A model generated the notes under the pieces. The model ran no database searches. It was not told where the DNA came from and saw nothing but the letters and a program-made list of their open reading frames with translations. The position numbers and the translations under genes are program-made. This document shows, piece by piece, positions 8,139 through 17,823 of a stretch of DNA of 64,000 nt. Every line of letters starts with the position of its first letter. Within the stretch, counting starts at the first letter, position 1. Source of the stretch: Candidatus Shapirobacteria bacterium (GTDB lineage: Bacteria; Patescibacteriota; Microgenomatia; UBA12405); NCBI GenBank assembly GCA_041659325.1, contig JBAZYN010000001.1, positions 67,342 through 131,341 of the forward strand, given 5' to 3'.

Positions 8139-10238
8139 ATGATTGCAGACCTAAAATATATTATCTTGTGGTGGTTAACTATTTTTCTTCTGGGACTCGT
8201 TTCTTTACCCCTAATATTTTCAATTTTTAAAAACTTTTGGGACAAGGGGTATGCCTTTTGCAAAACATTATCGCTTATAGCTCTAACCTATCTGGTTTTG
8301 GTTTTAAGCATATTCAAGTTTCTTCCGTTTACCAACCAGTCCCTGCTAACCATTATTTCCATTGGTCTCCTGGCAGACTATTTGTATTTAAAAAATAGAA
8401 ACAACCGCGATACCTTTGTCGCCCTGGTTAAAAGCAATTACAAAACTTTTATCGCCGAGGAGCTAATTTTTTTGTTAATTTTAACCCTGTGGTCTTTTGT
8501 CAGAGGTTTTGCTCCCGATATCGAGGGCTTAGAAAAATTTATGGATTGGGGATTTGTCAATTCTGCCCTAAGAAGCACTTATTTACCACCCGCCGACATG
8601 TGGTTTTCCGGAGAATACATCAATTATTACTATTTTGGCCACCTGATGTCGGCAGTTCTCACCAAGCTGTCCTACATTCCCTCTACCATCACCTACAACC
8701 TGTCTATAGCCTCAATTTGTGCCCTGACATTCATCAGCAGTTTTAGTCTTTCTTCCAATTTGGTTTATAACTTTTTTAAAAAAAATCTTTCCTTTAGATC
8801 CGTCTTGGTTGCTGGCATGATTTCTGGTCTACTGTTAACTTTCGGCGGAAATTTCCATTCCGTCTACAAAATCTCCAAAATAAACAAAAGCCAAAATGAT
8901 GGAGTCTTAACCCTGACTCTAGAGGCGATCAAAAAAGCTGCCGATTCTTATTGGTATCCCGATGCCACCAGATTTATTGGCTACGATCCCGAAACCAAAG
9001 ACAAAACCATTCACGAATTTCCTATTTATAGCTATGTCGTGGCGGATCTTCACGGTCATATGAGCGATATCCCTACGGTTCTATTTTTCATGGCCTTCAT
9101 TTTTGCCATGTCCATGGAAATTATTGCTTTCCCGTATCTCAAACTAATCGTTCCCTGTGGTCTGATTTTGTCCATATGTTATATGACCAACGCCTGGGAT
9201 TTTGCCGTCTACGGCCTGCTTTTTGGTATTTTTTATCTTTTAAAAAATTGTAAGGAAACCGGTTTGTGGAGCGGGATAGTCAAAACTTTTAGTAGCGGTA
9301 TTGGTGTCATCCTCTTCTGGTATCTATTTACTCTGCCATTTTCTTTAAACTTTATTCCCATGGCCGAAGGGCTCAAGCTGTCCGATGCCAGGTCACCCTT
9401 ATTTCAACTCTTTATTCTTTACGGAGGTTTTTGGATAATAACTGCTCCGCTAATGGCTTTTTATCTTTTCCGCAAAAATGAAAAATCCAAAAAAATAGAC
9501 ATACCACCTGTCGACATTTTTATTATCGCCCTGGTGGTTACTGCAACTATTTTGGTAATTATTCCCGAAATTGGCTATATAAAAGATATCTATATTTATG
9601 AACATAGACGATCAAATACCATGTTCAAATTGGTATATCAGGCTTTTATGATGTACTCTTTGGCTTCCGGATTCGCCCTCATCAGAATCGGTCAAATTAA
9701 ATCCTCCTGGAAAGTTTTGTACAAAATTGCCTTCTTAATCGTATTTATAATTCACATGATATACCCGTTTTTTGCTGTCCGATCTTATTATGGTCTAAAG
9801 GAATACAAAGGTCTTTGGGGCCTGACATTTCTTAAAAATGCTAACCCCGATAATTTAGAGGCCGTTAATTGGATTAACAAAAATATCAAAGGTCAGCCGG
9901 TTATGGTTGAAGCAGTCGGTGATAGCTACACCATGTTCAACCAAATCTCCATGGCCACCGGTCTCCCTACTATCGAGGGGTGGATCGTCCATGAGTGGTT
10001 GTGGCGGGGTGGATACGAAAAACCGTCACTCCGGCAGACAGATGTCCAAAAACTATATGAAGGGGAAACTCTGGATGAAGTCAGATCAGTCTTACAAAAA
10101 TATAGTGTCGATTACATTTTTGTCGGCGACAAGGAATACGAAAAATACCCAAAAATTAATGAAAAGAACTTCACGGATATAGGGGCAACTATCGTCGCTC
10201 AGTTTGGTAAAACAAAAATATACAAAGTTCTCAAGTAA
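8139..10238 (+). CDS. Large (699 aa) polytopic membrane protein with an extracytoplasmic C-terminal domain; possibly a GT-C / DUF2298-like glycosyltransferase.
   Basis: About 14 hydrophobic segments; YINYYYFGH motif after an early loop; soluble C-terminal domain of roughly 200 aa. Confidence 0.45.
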   Translation: MIADLKYIILWWLTIFLLGLVSLPLIFSIFKNFWDKGYAFCKTLSLIALTYLVLVLSIFKFLPFTNQSLLTIISIGLLADYLYLKNRNNRDTFVALVKSNYKTFIAEELIFLLILTLWSFVRGFAPDIEGLEKFMDWGFVNSALRSTYLPPADMWFSGEYINYYYFGHLMSAVLTKLSYIPSTITYNLSIASICALTFISSFSLSSNLVYNFFKKNLSFRSVLVAGMISGLLLTFGGNFHSVYKISKINKSQNDGVLTLTLEAIKKAADSYWYPDATRFIGYDPETKDKTIHEFPIYSYVVADLHGHMSDIPTVLFFMAFIFAMSMEIIAFPYLKLIVPCGLILSICYMTNAWDFAVYGLLFGIFYLLKNCKETGLWSGIVKTFSSGIGVILFWYLFTLPFSLNFIPMAEGLKLSDARSPLFQLFILYGGFWIITAPLMAFYLFRKNEKSKKIDIPPVDIFIIALVVTATILVIIPEIGYIKDIYIYEHRRSNTMFKLVYQAFMMYSLASGFALIRIGQIKSSWKVLYKIAFLIVFIIHMIYPFFAVRSYYGLKEYKGLWGLTFLKNANPDNLEAVNWINKNIKGQPVMVEAVGDSYTMFNQISMATGLPTIEGWIVHEWLWRGGYEKPSLRQTDVQKLYEGETLDEVRSVLQKYSVDYIFVGDKEYEKYPKINEKNFTDIGATIVAQFGKTKIYKVLK

Positions 10239-10291
10239 TCTCAATTTGACTTGTTTATATTTATCGGTGTTTCTTCTATAGTTGTATATCC

Positions 10292-12172
10292 ATGAATGAC
10301 ATATTATGCGGACTAAATCCGGCCCAAAAAGAAGCGGTGACTTATTCGGGCAGTCCGCTTTTATTGCTGGCCGGGGCCGGTTCCGGCAAAACCAGGGTGT
10401 TAACCCATCGTGCCGCCTACCTTATCAAAACTTCGGCCGCCCAAACATCAGAGATACTCCTGCTAACTTTTACCAACAAAGCTGCAGACGAGATGAAGCA
10501 ACGGATGGGCCGTTTAATTGGTTCAAAAAACAATGGATTATTCGCCGGCACTTTTCATTCATTTTGTTGTCGGGTATTGAGAGCAGACGGCTTACCGGTT
10601 GGTGTACCGCCTAATTTCAATATCTACGATACAGGCGATCAGGAAGATACCATCAGAAAGATCCTGCATGAGATGAATTTAACCCCAAAGGAGTTTAAAC
10701 CGGGCAATGTTCTCTACTACATTGGAGCTGCAAAAAATGATTTTCTCTCTCCAAAAGACATGGAGCTACAATCCTCCGGTTTTTGGCAAACTTACGCCGC
10801 AAAAATCTACGCCAAATATCAAAAAATATTATTCGAATCACACGCCCTTGATTTCGACGACCTCCTTTTCAAAACCGTCGAGCTTTTTTCCGGGCAACCC
10901 TCAATTCTTGAAAAATACCAGGACAAATACAAGTTTATCCTGGTCGACGAATACCAGGATACAAATCAAATTCAATATCTTTTGGCAAAATTATTAGCCC
11001 AAAAGTATCAACAAATCACTGCCGTGGGTGATGCATCACAGGCCATCTACGGCTGGCGTGGTGCTAATTACAAAAATCTGGTCAATTTTACTGTTGATTT
11101 CAAAGATACGAAAGTTATTAACTTAGAACAAAATTACCGTTCCACAAAAATTATCTTAGAGGCCGCTAATTCAATTATTTCCAAAAATAATTCCCACCCG
11201 GTCTTAAAGCTTTTTACCGAAAAAAAGTCATCAGACAAAATAAAACTATTTACCGCAGACTCAGAGATCAGCGAAGCAGAATATGTTTCCTCAAAAATTA
11301 AATTCATTTACGATAACTACAAAATTCCCTACAAAAATATTGCTGTTCTTTATCGCATGAATGCCCAGTCTCGGGTGTTAGAGGAAACTTTTATCAAGTC
11401 CAACATCCCCTACGTTTTAGTGGGAGGTCTTCGCTTCTACGACAGAGCCGAGGTCAAAGATATTATCGCCATGCTCCGTTTTGCCAATGATCAGGCCGAT
11501 ATTATATCTCTTGATCGGGTTGAAAAAGCCCTGGGCAAAAGAAGGTTGGAAACCTTTAAGGCTCTTCTCCGGTCCATTGATCTTCAGTCGGCAAATTCAC
11601 TTCAGATTTTCGAATCCCTGGTTATCGGGTCTGATTACTTAAAACATTTTGATCCAAAAGATGAAGAAGATCAAAAAAGAATCGAAAATATTAAAGAACT
11701 AAAATCAGTCGCCGCCTCTTTTCCGAAACTTACTACCTTTCTGGAAAATGTTGCCCTGGTCCAAAACGAATATAGTCAGCAGGAAAAAAGCAAGAAATCC
11801 AAAGAGAATAGGGAAGGGGTGAGACTAATGACTCTTCATGGCTCAAAAGGTTTAGAGTTCGAAGTCGTCTTTCTGGTAGGTTTTGAAGAGGGGATTCTTC
11901 CTCATTCAAATTGCATGCTCGACGACTCACAGATAGAGGAGGAGCGCCGTCTTTGTTATGTGGGGATTACCCGGGCCAAGGATTATCTTCATATTTCCTA
12001 CGCCACCAGACGCTTATATTTCGGCAAGAGTAGCCTAAACGAACCAAGCCGATTTTTAGGTGAAATCCCCCAAAAACTAATAGAAATCGAAGAATCAGGC
12101 GAAATTACCCGTGACTATCGGCACCCAAAAAGCGATAGCGAAGAATTTATCTATGACCCTGATATATACTAA
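10292..12172 (+). CDS. UvrD/PcrA/Rep-family ATP-dependent DNA helicase (626 aa).
   Basis: LNPAQKEAV, Walker A GAGSGKTRVLTHR, DEYQDTNQ (motif II), YRST, TLHGSKGLEFEVVFL, VGITRAK. Confidence 0.85.
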   Translation: MNDILCGLNPAQKEAVTYSGSPLLLLAGAGSGKTRVLTHRAAYLIKTSAAQTSEILLLTFTNKAADEMKQRMGRLIGSKNNGLFAGTFHSFCCRVLRADGLPVGVPPNFNIYDTGDQEDTIRKILHEMNLTPKEFKPGNVLYYIGAAKNDFLSPKDMELQSSGFWQTYAAKIYAKYQKILFESHALDFDDLLFKTVELFSGQPSILEKYQDKYKFILVDEYQDTNQIQYLLAKLLAQKYQQITAVGDASQAIYGWRGANYKNLVNFTVDFKDTKVINLEQNYRSTKIILEAANSIISKNNSHPVLKLFTEKKSSDKIKLFTADSEISEAEYVSSKIKFIYDNYKIPYKNIAVLYRMNAQSRVLEETFIKSNIPYVLVGGLRFYDRAEVKDIIAMLRFANDQADIISLDRVEKALGKRRLETFKALLRSIDLQSANSLQIFESLVIGSDYLKHFDPKDEEDQKRIENIKELKSVAASFPKLTTFLENVALVQNEYSQQEKSKKSKENREGVRLMTLHGSKGLEFEVVFLVGFEEGILPHSNCMLDDSQIEEERRLCYVGITRAKDYLHISYATRRLYFGKSSLNEPSRFLGEIPQKLIEIEESGEITRDYRHPKSDSEEFIYDPDIY

Positions 12173-12181
12173 ACATAAGTT

Positions 12182-13219
12182 ATGATCACCAGAATTTTAT
12201 ACAATCAGGAAAAAGATCAATACAACAAACTGGTTAAACATCCGGTCCAAAGTTGGGAATGGGGAGACTTCCAAATTTCTCAAGGCCACAAGGTATATAG
12301 GTTGGGGGTTTTTGACAATCAAAAAATGATCTCTGCTTATAGTATCAGTTTTCACACTATTCCCAAAACTCTATTCTCAGTCGGAACAGTCCTGAAAGGA
12401 CCAAAAATAGACCAAGAAATGGTTAACAATCTTAAAAAAATCGCCACTGATGAAAATGCCATATTTGTAAAACTTGAACCGGATTTTATCCAAAAAAAAT
12501 TCACCAGCGAGGGCAGTGAAACAGTCGCCTCTATGGACACTCGCTTCCCAAATCTTGTTGTATCCCCAAAGGTAGCTTTCTATCCGTATAGCTTCATGGT
12601 TGATCTGACAAAAACTGAGGATGCGCTCTTATATCAAATGCACTCCAAAACCCGATACAATATAAAAATTGCCAATAGACATGGTGTAAAGATAGAAGAA
12701 AACAGTACTGATGCCGGATTTGAAACATATCTTGAGTTGCTTTTTGACACCACCGCCCGCCAAGGGTTTTATCTTCATAGCCAACAGTATCATCGGGATC
12801 TTTGGAAACTTCTCAAACCAACCGGAATCCCTCACATATTTTTGGCTTCATATCAGGGGGAGACATTAAGTGCTTTTATGCTTTTTATCTACAAGGATAA
12901 TTTGTTTTATCCCTACGGCGCTTCTCTTGATCAATACCGGGAGGTCATGGCCCCGACACTACTGATGTGGGAATCAATAAAGTTTGGAAAAAGTATGGGT
13001 CTAAAAAATTTTGACATGTGGGGAAGTCTTGGCCCGGACGCAAAAGAGGGAGATCAGGGGTTTGGTTTCCATCGGTTCAAACAGGGCTTTGGCGGTCAAC
13101 TCGTTCAATTTGCCGGAACTTATGATTTAGTTATCAATCAGCCTCTATATACTATTTATAATCTTGCCGACAAATATCGGTGGAAATTTCTCCGTTTAAA
13201 ATCAAAGTTTATAAGATAA
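12182..13219 (+). CDS. FemAB/FemX-family peptidoglycan interpeptide-bridge aminoacyltransferase.
   Basis: N-terminal HPVQSWEWGDF... and C-terminal HRFKQGFGGQLVQFAGTYDLVIN are typical of the FemABX family. Confidence 0.65.
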   Translation: MITRILYNQEKDQYNKLVKHPVQSWEWGDFQISQGHKVYRLGVFDNQKMISAYSISFHTIPKTLFSVGTVLKGPKIDQEMVNNLKKIATDENAIFVKLEPDFIQKKFTSEGSETVASMDTRFPNLVVSPKVAFYPYSFMVDLTKTEDALLYQMHSKTRYNIKIANRHGVKIEENSTDAGFETYLELLFDTTARQGFYLHSQQYHRDLWKLLKPTGIPHIFLASYQGETLSAFMLFIYKDNLFYPYGASLDQYREVMAPTLLMWESIKFGKSMGLKNFDMWGSLGPDAKEGDQGFGFHRFKQGFGGQLVQFAGTYDLVINQPLYTIYNLADKYRWKFLRLKSKFIR

Positions 13220-13227
13220 AATACACC

Positions 13228-13557
13228 ATGTCTTCCGTAAAGATCACTGTAGATACTCTCGACCATATCGCTCACTTGGCCCGTATTAGTTTGACCGACA
13301 CAGAGAGGGAACTGTTTTTGCCCCAGTTGTCTTCCATTCTTGAATATGTGGAAGTTCTTCAAAAAGTTGACACTTCAAATATCAATGCTTCCTCCCAAAT
13401 CACCAACCTAAAAAACATTACCCGACCAGATGAGGTTAAGCCTTCACTCTCTCAATCCGAGGTTTTGTCTCAATCACCCAAATCAAACGACGGCTATTTT
13501 CAGGTTCACAACACTATCCCCGCCAAAGGCGGGTCCGCCTCTGGAGGAAAAAAATGA
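13228..13557 (+). CDS. gatC: Glu/Asp-tRNA amidotransferase subunit C.
   Basis: VKITVDTLDHIAHLARISLTDTERELFLPQLSSILEYVEVLQKVDT. The ORF track starts upstream at 13180, but the ATG at 13228 fits the family N-terminus. Confidence 0.8.
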   Translation: MSSVKITVDTLDHIAHLARISLTDTERELFLPQLSSILEYVEVLQKVDTSNINASSQITNLKNITRPDEVKPSLSQSEVLSQSPKSNDGYFQVHNTIPAKGGSASGGKK

Positions 13558-15023
13558 CTCCTGATTTAACCGCACTCACTATTCCGGAAATTAAGAAACT
13601 TTTAACTGAAAAACAAGTCACGGCTGGTGAAATTGTATCTACCTATCTCCAAAGGATTAAGACCTTCAATCCCAAAATTAACGCTTTCATCACTGTCACT
13701 GAAAAAGAAGCCACGGATCAGGCAAAAATCATTGATGAAAAAATAAGTAAAAATCAGTCGGTTGGTAAGTTAGCCGGTGCTGTCATGGCAGTAAAAGATA
13801 TATATTTGACAAAGGGTGTAGAGACGACTGCCGGATCAAAAATCTTAAAGGGTTATATCCCCCAATACTCCTCCACGATTTATCAAAAATTGATAAATGA
13901 AGATGCCATATTAATTGGTAAAACAAACACCGATTGTTTTGCTTTTGGAGGATCAACCGAAAACTCGGGTTATTTCACCACAAAAAATCCCTGGAACTTA
14001 TCACTTGTCCCCGGTGGTTCCTCGGGCGGTTCATCCGCCGCCCAGGCCGCTTCCCTTTGTACTTTCGCTCTTGGTACCGATACCGGAGGTTCTATTCGAC
14101 AACCTGCATCCCTATGTGGTGTTACCGGTATTAAGCCTACATATGGTCGCAATTCTCGCTATGGAATTACCTCCATGGCCGCGTCATTTGATTGTCCTGG
14201 AGCATTTGGTAAAAATGTTGAAGACGTAGCCGCGGTTACCCGAATTACCGCCGGACTGGATTCTTATGATGCCACTACCAGCCCCGACCCGGTGCCCGAT
14301 TATGTTAATAAACTTTCAAATTTTTCCCTAAAAGGACTTCGGATTGGTCTACCACGAGAGTATTTCTCCGAAAGCCTTGATCCTGAGGTTAAGGAAAACG
14401 TTTTAGGTGCCGCCAAAACTTTTGAGTCAAACGGCGCCAAAATTATCGACATTTCTTTACCAAGTACTTCACTGGGTTTAGCTGTTTACTACGTCCTGAT
14501 CCCTTCAGAAATTTCTTCAAATATGGCCCGTTATGACGGTATCCGTTTCGGTCAATCCAAAAAAGACACCACTGACCTTTTATCGCACTACATGGAAACC
14601 CGGGGCGAGTTTATGGAGCCGGAATTAAAAAGAAGAATACTAATCGGCACCTACGCCTTATCAGCCGGATATTTCGATGCCTATTACACTAAAGCTTCCA
14701 AGGTTCGGACATTAATAAAAAACGAGTTTATTGATAATTTTTCAAAAGTTGATGTTATCCTGGCTCCGGTTTCTCCTACCACCGCCTGGCCAATCGGTCA
14801 AAAGGTCAACCACCCTCTTCAGATGTATTTAGCGGATGTCTACACCTGTTGCATCAACGTTGCCGGTGTTCCTGCATTGGCCCTTCCGTGCGGTTTTGAT
14901 TCCCAAAATCTGCCAATTGGTTTTCAGCTGATTGGCAACTATTTCGAAGAATCAAAATTATTTTCCATCGGCCATCAATATCAGCAATTAACCGATTATC
15001 ATTTAAAAACACCAAATTTATAA
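13554..15023 (+). CDS. gatA: Glu/Asp-tRNA amidotransferase subunit A (amidase signature).
   Basis: Amidase signature GGSSGGSSAAQAAS...GTDTGGSIRQPAS; ATGA overlap with gatC. Confidence 0.9.
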   Translation: MTPDLTALTIPEIKKLLTEKQVTAGEIVSTYLQRIKTFNPKINAFITVTEKEATDQAKIIDEKISKNQSVGKLAGAVMAVKDIYLTKGVETTAGSKILKGYIPQYSSTIYQKLINEDAILIGKTNTDCFAFGGSTENSGYFTTKNPWNLSLVPGGSSGGSSAAQAASLCTFALGTDTGGSIRQPASLCGVTGIKPTYGRNSRYGITSMAASFDCPGAFGKNVEDVAAVTRITAGLDSYDATTSPDPVPDYVNKLSNFSLKGLRIGLPREYFSESLDPEVKENVLGAAKTFESNGAKIIDISLPSTSLGLAVYYVLIPSEISSNMARYDGIRFGQSKKDTTDLLSHYMETRGEFMEPELKRRILIGTYALSAGYFDAYYTKASKVRTLIKNEFIDNFSKVDVILAPVSPTTAWPIGQKVNHPLQMYLADVYTCCINVAGVPALALPCGFDSQNLPIGFQLIGNYFEESKLFSIGHQYQQLTDYHLKTPNL

Positions 15024-15132
15024 AACGTCATTGCGAGGGGTCTATCCCCGCGGCAATCATAACAAGATCGCGGAGCCTGCCCCGAGAAACGAGAAATCGT
15101 TTGTCTCGCCGCATTGACAATTTACACCAAAA
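15024..15132 (+). other. Structured 109-nt gatA-gatB intergenic spacer with two imperfect hairpins (ttgcgagggg..ccccgcggcaa and gagaaacga..tcgtttgtctc).
   Basis: Inverted repeats read by eye; no T-tract after them. Confidence 0.3.
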
Positions 15133-16566
15133 ATGAAAACTACCCCCATAATCGGCCTTGAAGCCCACGTCGAACTAAAAACTAAATCAAAAATGTTTTG
15201 TGGCTGCGATGACAACCATTTTCATGTTGACCCCAATACTCACACTTGTCCGGTATGTCTTGGTCTCCCGGGGGCTCTCCCGGTTCCAAATGGAACCGCC
15301 ATCGATTGGTGTCTTAAGCTCGGCCTGGCTCTTGGCTGCACCGTCAACGAACATTCTTTTTTTGAGCGAAAAAATTACTTCTATCCGGATCTTTCAAAGG
15401 GTTATCAAATCTCCCAATACTTACAGCCTTTTACTGTAAAAGGTACCCTAAATTTAGACGGCCACGAAATCAGAATCAACCGGGCTCACCTGGAAGAAGA
15501 CACCGGCAAGTCAGTTCATGTAAACGGAACCACCTTGCTCGATTTCAATCGCTCAGGCGTTCCGTTGGTTGAGGTTGTCTCCGAGCCGGACATAACTTCC
15601 CCCCAAGAAGCCAAAAAATACTTAGTTAAATTGCAGCAAATTATTCGGTATTTAGGAATCTCCGATGCGGACATTGAAAAGGGGAGTATGCGCTGCGAGC
15701 CAACCGTCAATTTGAAAATCGAAGAAAATAGCGAGACTTACTATACCCCTCTTGTAGAAATTAAAAACGTCGCCTCCTTAACCGGCGTTCAGACTGCCAT
15801 TCAGTTTGAAATTGATCGTCAACAAAAACAATTTTTTGAAGATCATATTGTAAAGAATCCTTCTAACAAGACCACTAGAGGTTGGGACGCTGATAAAAAC
15901 CAAACTTTTTTGCAACGCGAAAAAGAGGGTTCTTCCGACTATCGTTATTTTCCTGAGCCCGATATTCCGCCCTTTGAGTTTACCGATGAAGAAATTGAAA
16001 AAATCAAATCCACCATTCCCGAACTTCCGGATCAAAAAGTTATCAAATACAAAAGCTACGGTCTTTCCGATTATGACGCCAATTTAATATCTCAGGATTC
16101 ACTTATGGCCTCGGCCTACGAAAAAGCAGTTGGACAAAACCCACTGTCGGAATTTGCCAAATTTGTTGCCAACCTATTTTCCGGATCCATTAAAACTCTT
16201 TTAAACGATAGTCAAACAGAAATCGATATTCAGCAAATTAACCCTGACCACTTTCAAAAATTATTTGACAAAAAATCTGAATTATCTTCAAACTCTATTA
16301 AGCAATTAATACTTGATAGTTATCAAACCGGTCAAGACCCGCTCTTTGCCGCCCAAAAACAAAATCTTTTTCAGGTTTCCGATACCGGAAAAATTGAAGA
16401 ATTAGCCAAAAAAGTTTTGGCCGACAACCCAAAAGCAGTTGAGGATTATAAAAAAAATCCCAACAGTATTGGTTTTCTCGTTGGCCAGTTAATGAAACTA
16501 TCTATGGGCTCCGCCAATCCCCAAATGGCAAAAGAAATTTTAGAAAAATTACTTAATAGTGACTGA
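15133..16566 (+). CDS. gatB: Glu/Asp-tRNA amidotransferase subunit B.
   Basis: Full-length GatB/GatE catalytic and tail domains (HVELKTKSKMFCGC..., C-terminal LVGQLMKLSMGSANPQ). Confidence 0.9.
   Translation: MKTTPIIGLEAHVELKTKSKMFCGCDDNHFHVDPNTHTCPVCLGLPGALPVPNGTAIDWCLKLGLALGCTVNEHSFFERKNYFYPDLSKGYQISQYLQPFTVKGTLNLDGHEIRINRAHLEEDTGKSVHVNGTTLLDFNRSGVPLVEVVSEPDITSPQEAKKYLVKLQQIIRYLGISDADIEKGSMRCEPTVNLKIEENSETYYTPLVEIKNVASLTGVQTAIQFEIDRQQKQFFEDHIVKNPSNKTTRGWDADKNQTFLQREKEGSSDYRYFPEPDIPPFEFTDEEIEKIKSTIPELPDQKVIKYKSYGLSDYDANLISQDSLMASAYEKAVGQNPLSEFAKFVANLFSGSIKTLLNDSQTEIDIQQINPDHFQKLFDKKSELSSNSIKQLILDSYQTGQDPLFAAQKQNLFQVSDTGKIEELAKKVLADNPKAVEDYKKNPNSIGFLVGQLMKLSMGSANPQMAKEILEKLLNSD
16534..16554 (+). 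repeat. Direct repeat copy 1 (gaaattttagaaaaattactt), inside the last codons of gatB.
   Basis: Exact 21/21 identity with 17824-17844; contains the palindrome aatttt-aga-aaaatt. Confidence 0.85.
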
Positions 16567-17815
16567 AGCTCTTGTCTATCGACCAAATGTTCCCGTCGGT
16601 GACCGCGGAAGCGGGAGACTACAGGGTCAATATCACGATCAGTTAAAAGCTTCACGTCAGTTAACGCCGGAAGAATGGTTAGGAGTTTTTCAAGATCGAA
16701 CCATTATTACCATCCCCGGAGAAAGCCACACCTTTGCTATTATTCTCCGTCCGGAGTTTGATGTTCCCCCGGGGTGCGATCATATGATCGTTGCTGAACC
16801 TCACTATCATCCCGGATCACCTGATTTTTATGAGCTGTCAGTACTCGCCCCTGCAGATGCACTAACAATGCTAAGAACCACCTTCGCTGTTCTTCATTCT
16901 TACAGGCAACAAGGATGTGATCATGTCAGAGCCGTTTTGAATTGTTCATCCTATGACAGTGGAGCAATTTTCAGGGGCACCGTTGTTGACAAACAAAGAT
17001 TGCCACAATCACTGATGGTCCCTCATTTCAAAACCGGTGGGTTAAAACTTAGAGAAATTCCACAATCTACTATCCTGGAAAGTGAAACCCCTTATCTTAA
17101 CCGGCCGTTACAATCAGAACTAAATCAAATTGTTAAGTATTTATCACAAAAACTGGATATATCGGTCAGCGACGGTAGTCTTCCTGCGATTGCCGTGTCA
17201 TGCGGGTCTGACCCCGGCAAACTTATTTCACTATATCAACAATTGCACCGCACAATGTTCGAAATATCTTCCTACTCGATTGGTTACGAGGGTATTCATC
17301 TGGAATCGCATGCCACCGGGACTAACCACCAAAGAACGCCAACTGTTACCGATAGTACAGGGAGGGTGTCAAACGATGATTCGGTTAAGTCTATAACTGA
17401 ATGGCTAGGCAGAGAATCGAGTCGACCTGGCACACTCGTCTCCCAAAGTGTTTTCAGAGACGATTTAACCCTTTCAGCGCTAATGGCACAATATCTCACT
17501 GCCCAGAGAGCCTATCTGGAAGCTCATCCCGCTCAAACTATGATTTTTGGTCCATCTTACAGCATGCTTATTCATGGTGTCACGAACGAGCCAGTGACAG
17601 CCCATTTTGTTCCGGCCGAGTTTGTTCCCAAAGGAGCAAACACCATCGTCAATGAATTTCCCCAGGAGACAAGACGCGCACTAACTCCAGCCGAAGTCGA
17701 AGCAATTAGAATAGGTAACGGTAAGCTTTATGATTATCTTCAAGGACATACTCCTTTTCATCCTATGTTTAATCTTGATTTCGACCTACAAAAATATGCT
17801 GACAGTTTCAACTGA
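16559..17815 (+). CDS. Hypothetical 418-aa protein of foreign composition. Contains an HYH (His-hydrophobic-His) motif, so possibly a HIT/GalT-like or HUH-type fold; function unknown.
   Basis: Long ORF with a GTG start overlapping the gatB stop. About 3% Lys against 8-10% in neighbouring proteins, and rich in H/Q/R/P/G. Confidence 0.5.
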   Translation: MTEALVYRPNVPVGDRGSGRLQGQYHDQLKASRQLTPEEWLGVFQDRTIITIPGESHTFAIILRPEFDVPPGCDHMIVAEPHYHPGSPDFYELSVLAPADALTMLRTTFAVLHSYRQQGCDHVRAVLNCSSYDSGAIFRGTVVDKQRLPQSLMVPHFKTGGLKLREIPQSTILESETPYLNRPLQSELNQIVKYLSQKLDISVSDGSLPAIAVSCGSDPGKLISLYQQLHRTMFEISSYSIGYEGIHLESHATGTNHQRTPTVTDSTGRVSNDDSVKSITEWLGRESSRPGTLVSQSVFRDDLTLSALMAQYLTAQRAYLEAHPAQTMIFGPSYSMLIHGVTNEPVTAHFVPAEFVPKGANTIVNEFPQETRRALTPAEVEAIRIGNGKLYDYLQGHTPFHPMFNLDFDLQKYADSFN

Positions 17816-17823
17816 TAAAAACG

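Noticed and set aside
16559-17815. Tyrosine recombinase, serine recombinase, DDE transposase or TnpB identity for the 418-aa ORF.
   Set aside because: No R..HxxR..Y box, no N-terminal catalytic Ser motif, no obvious DDE triad and no C-terminal CxxC zinc finger could be recognised by eye.
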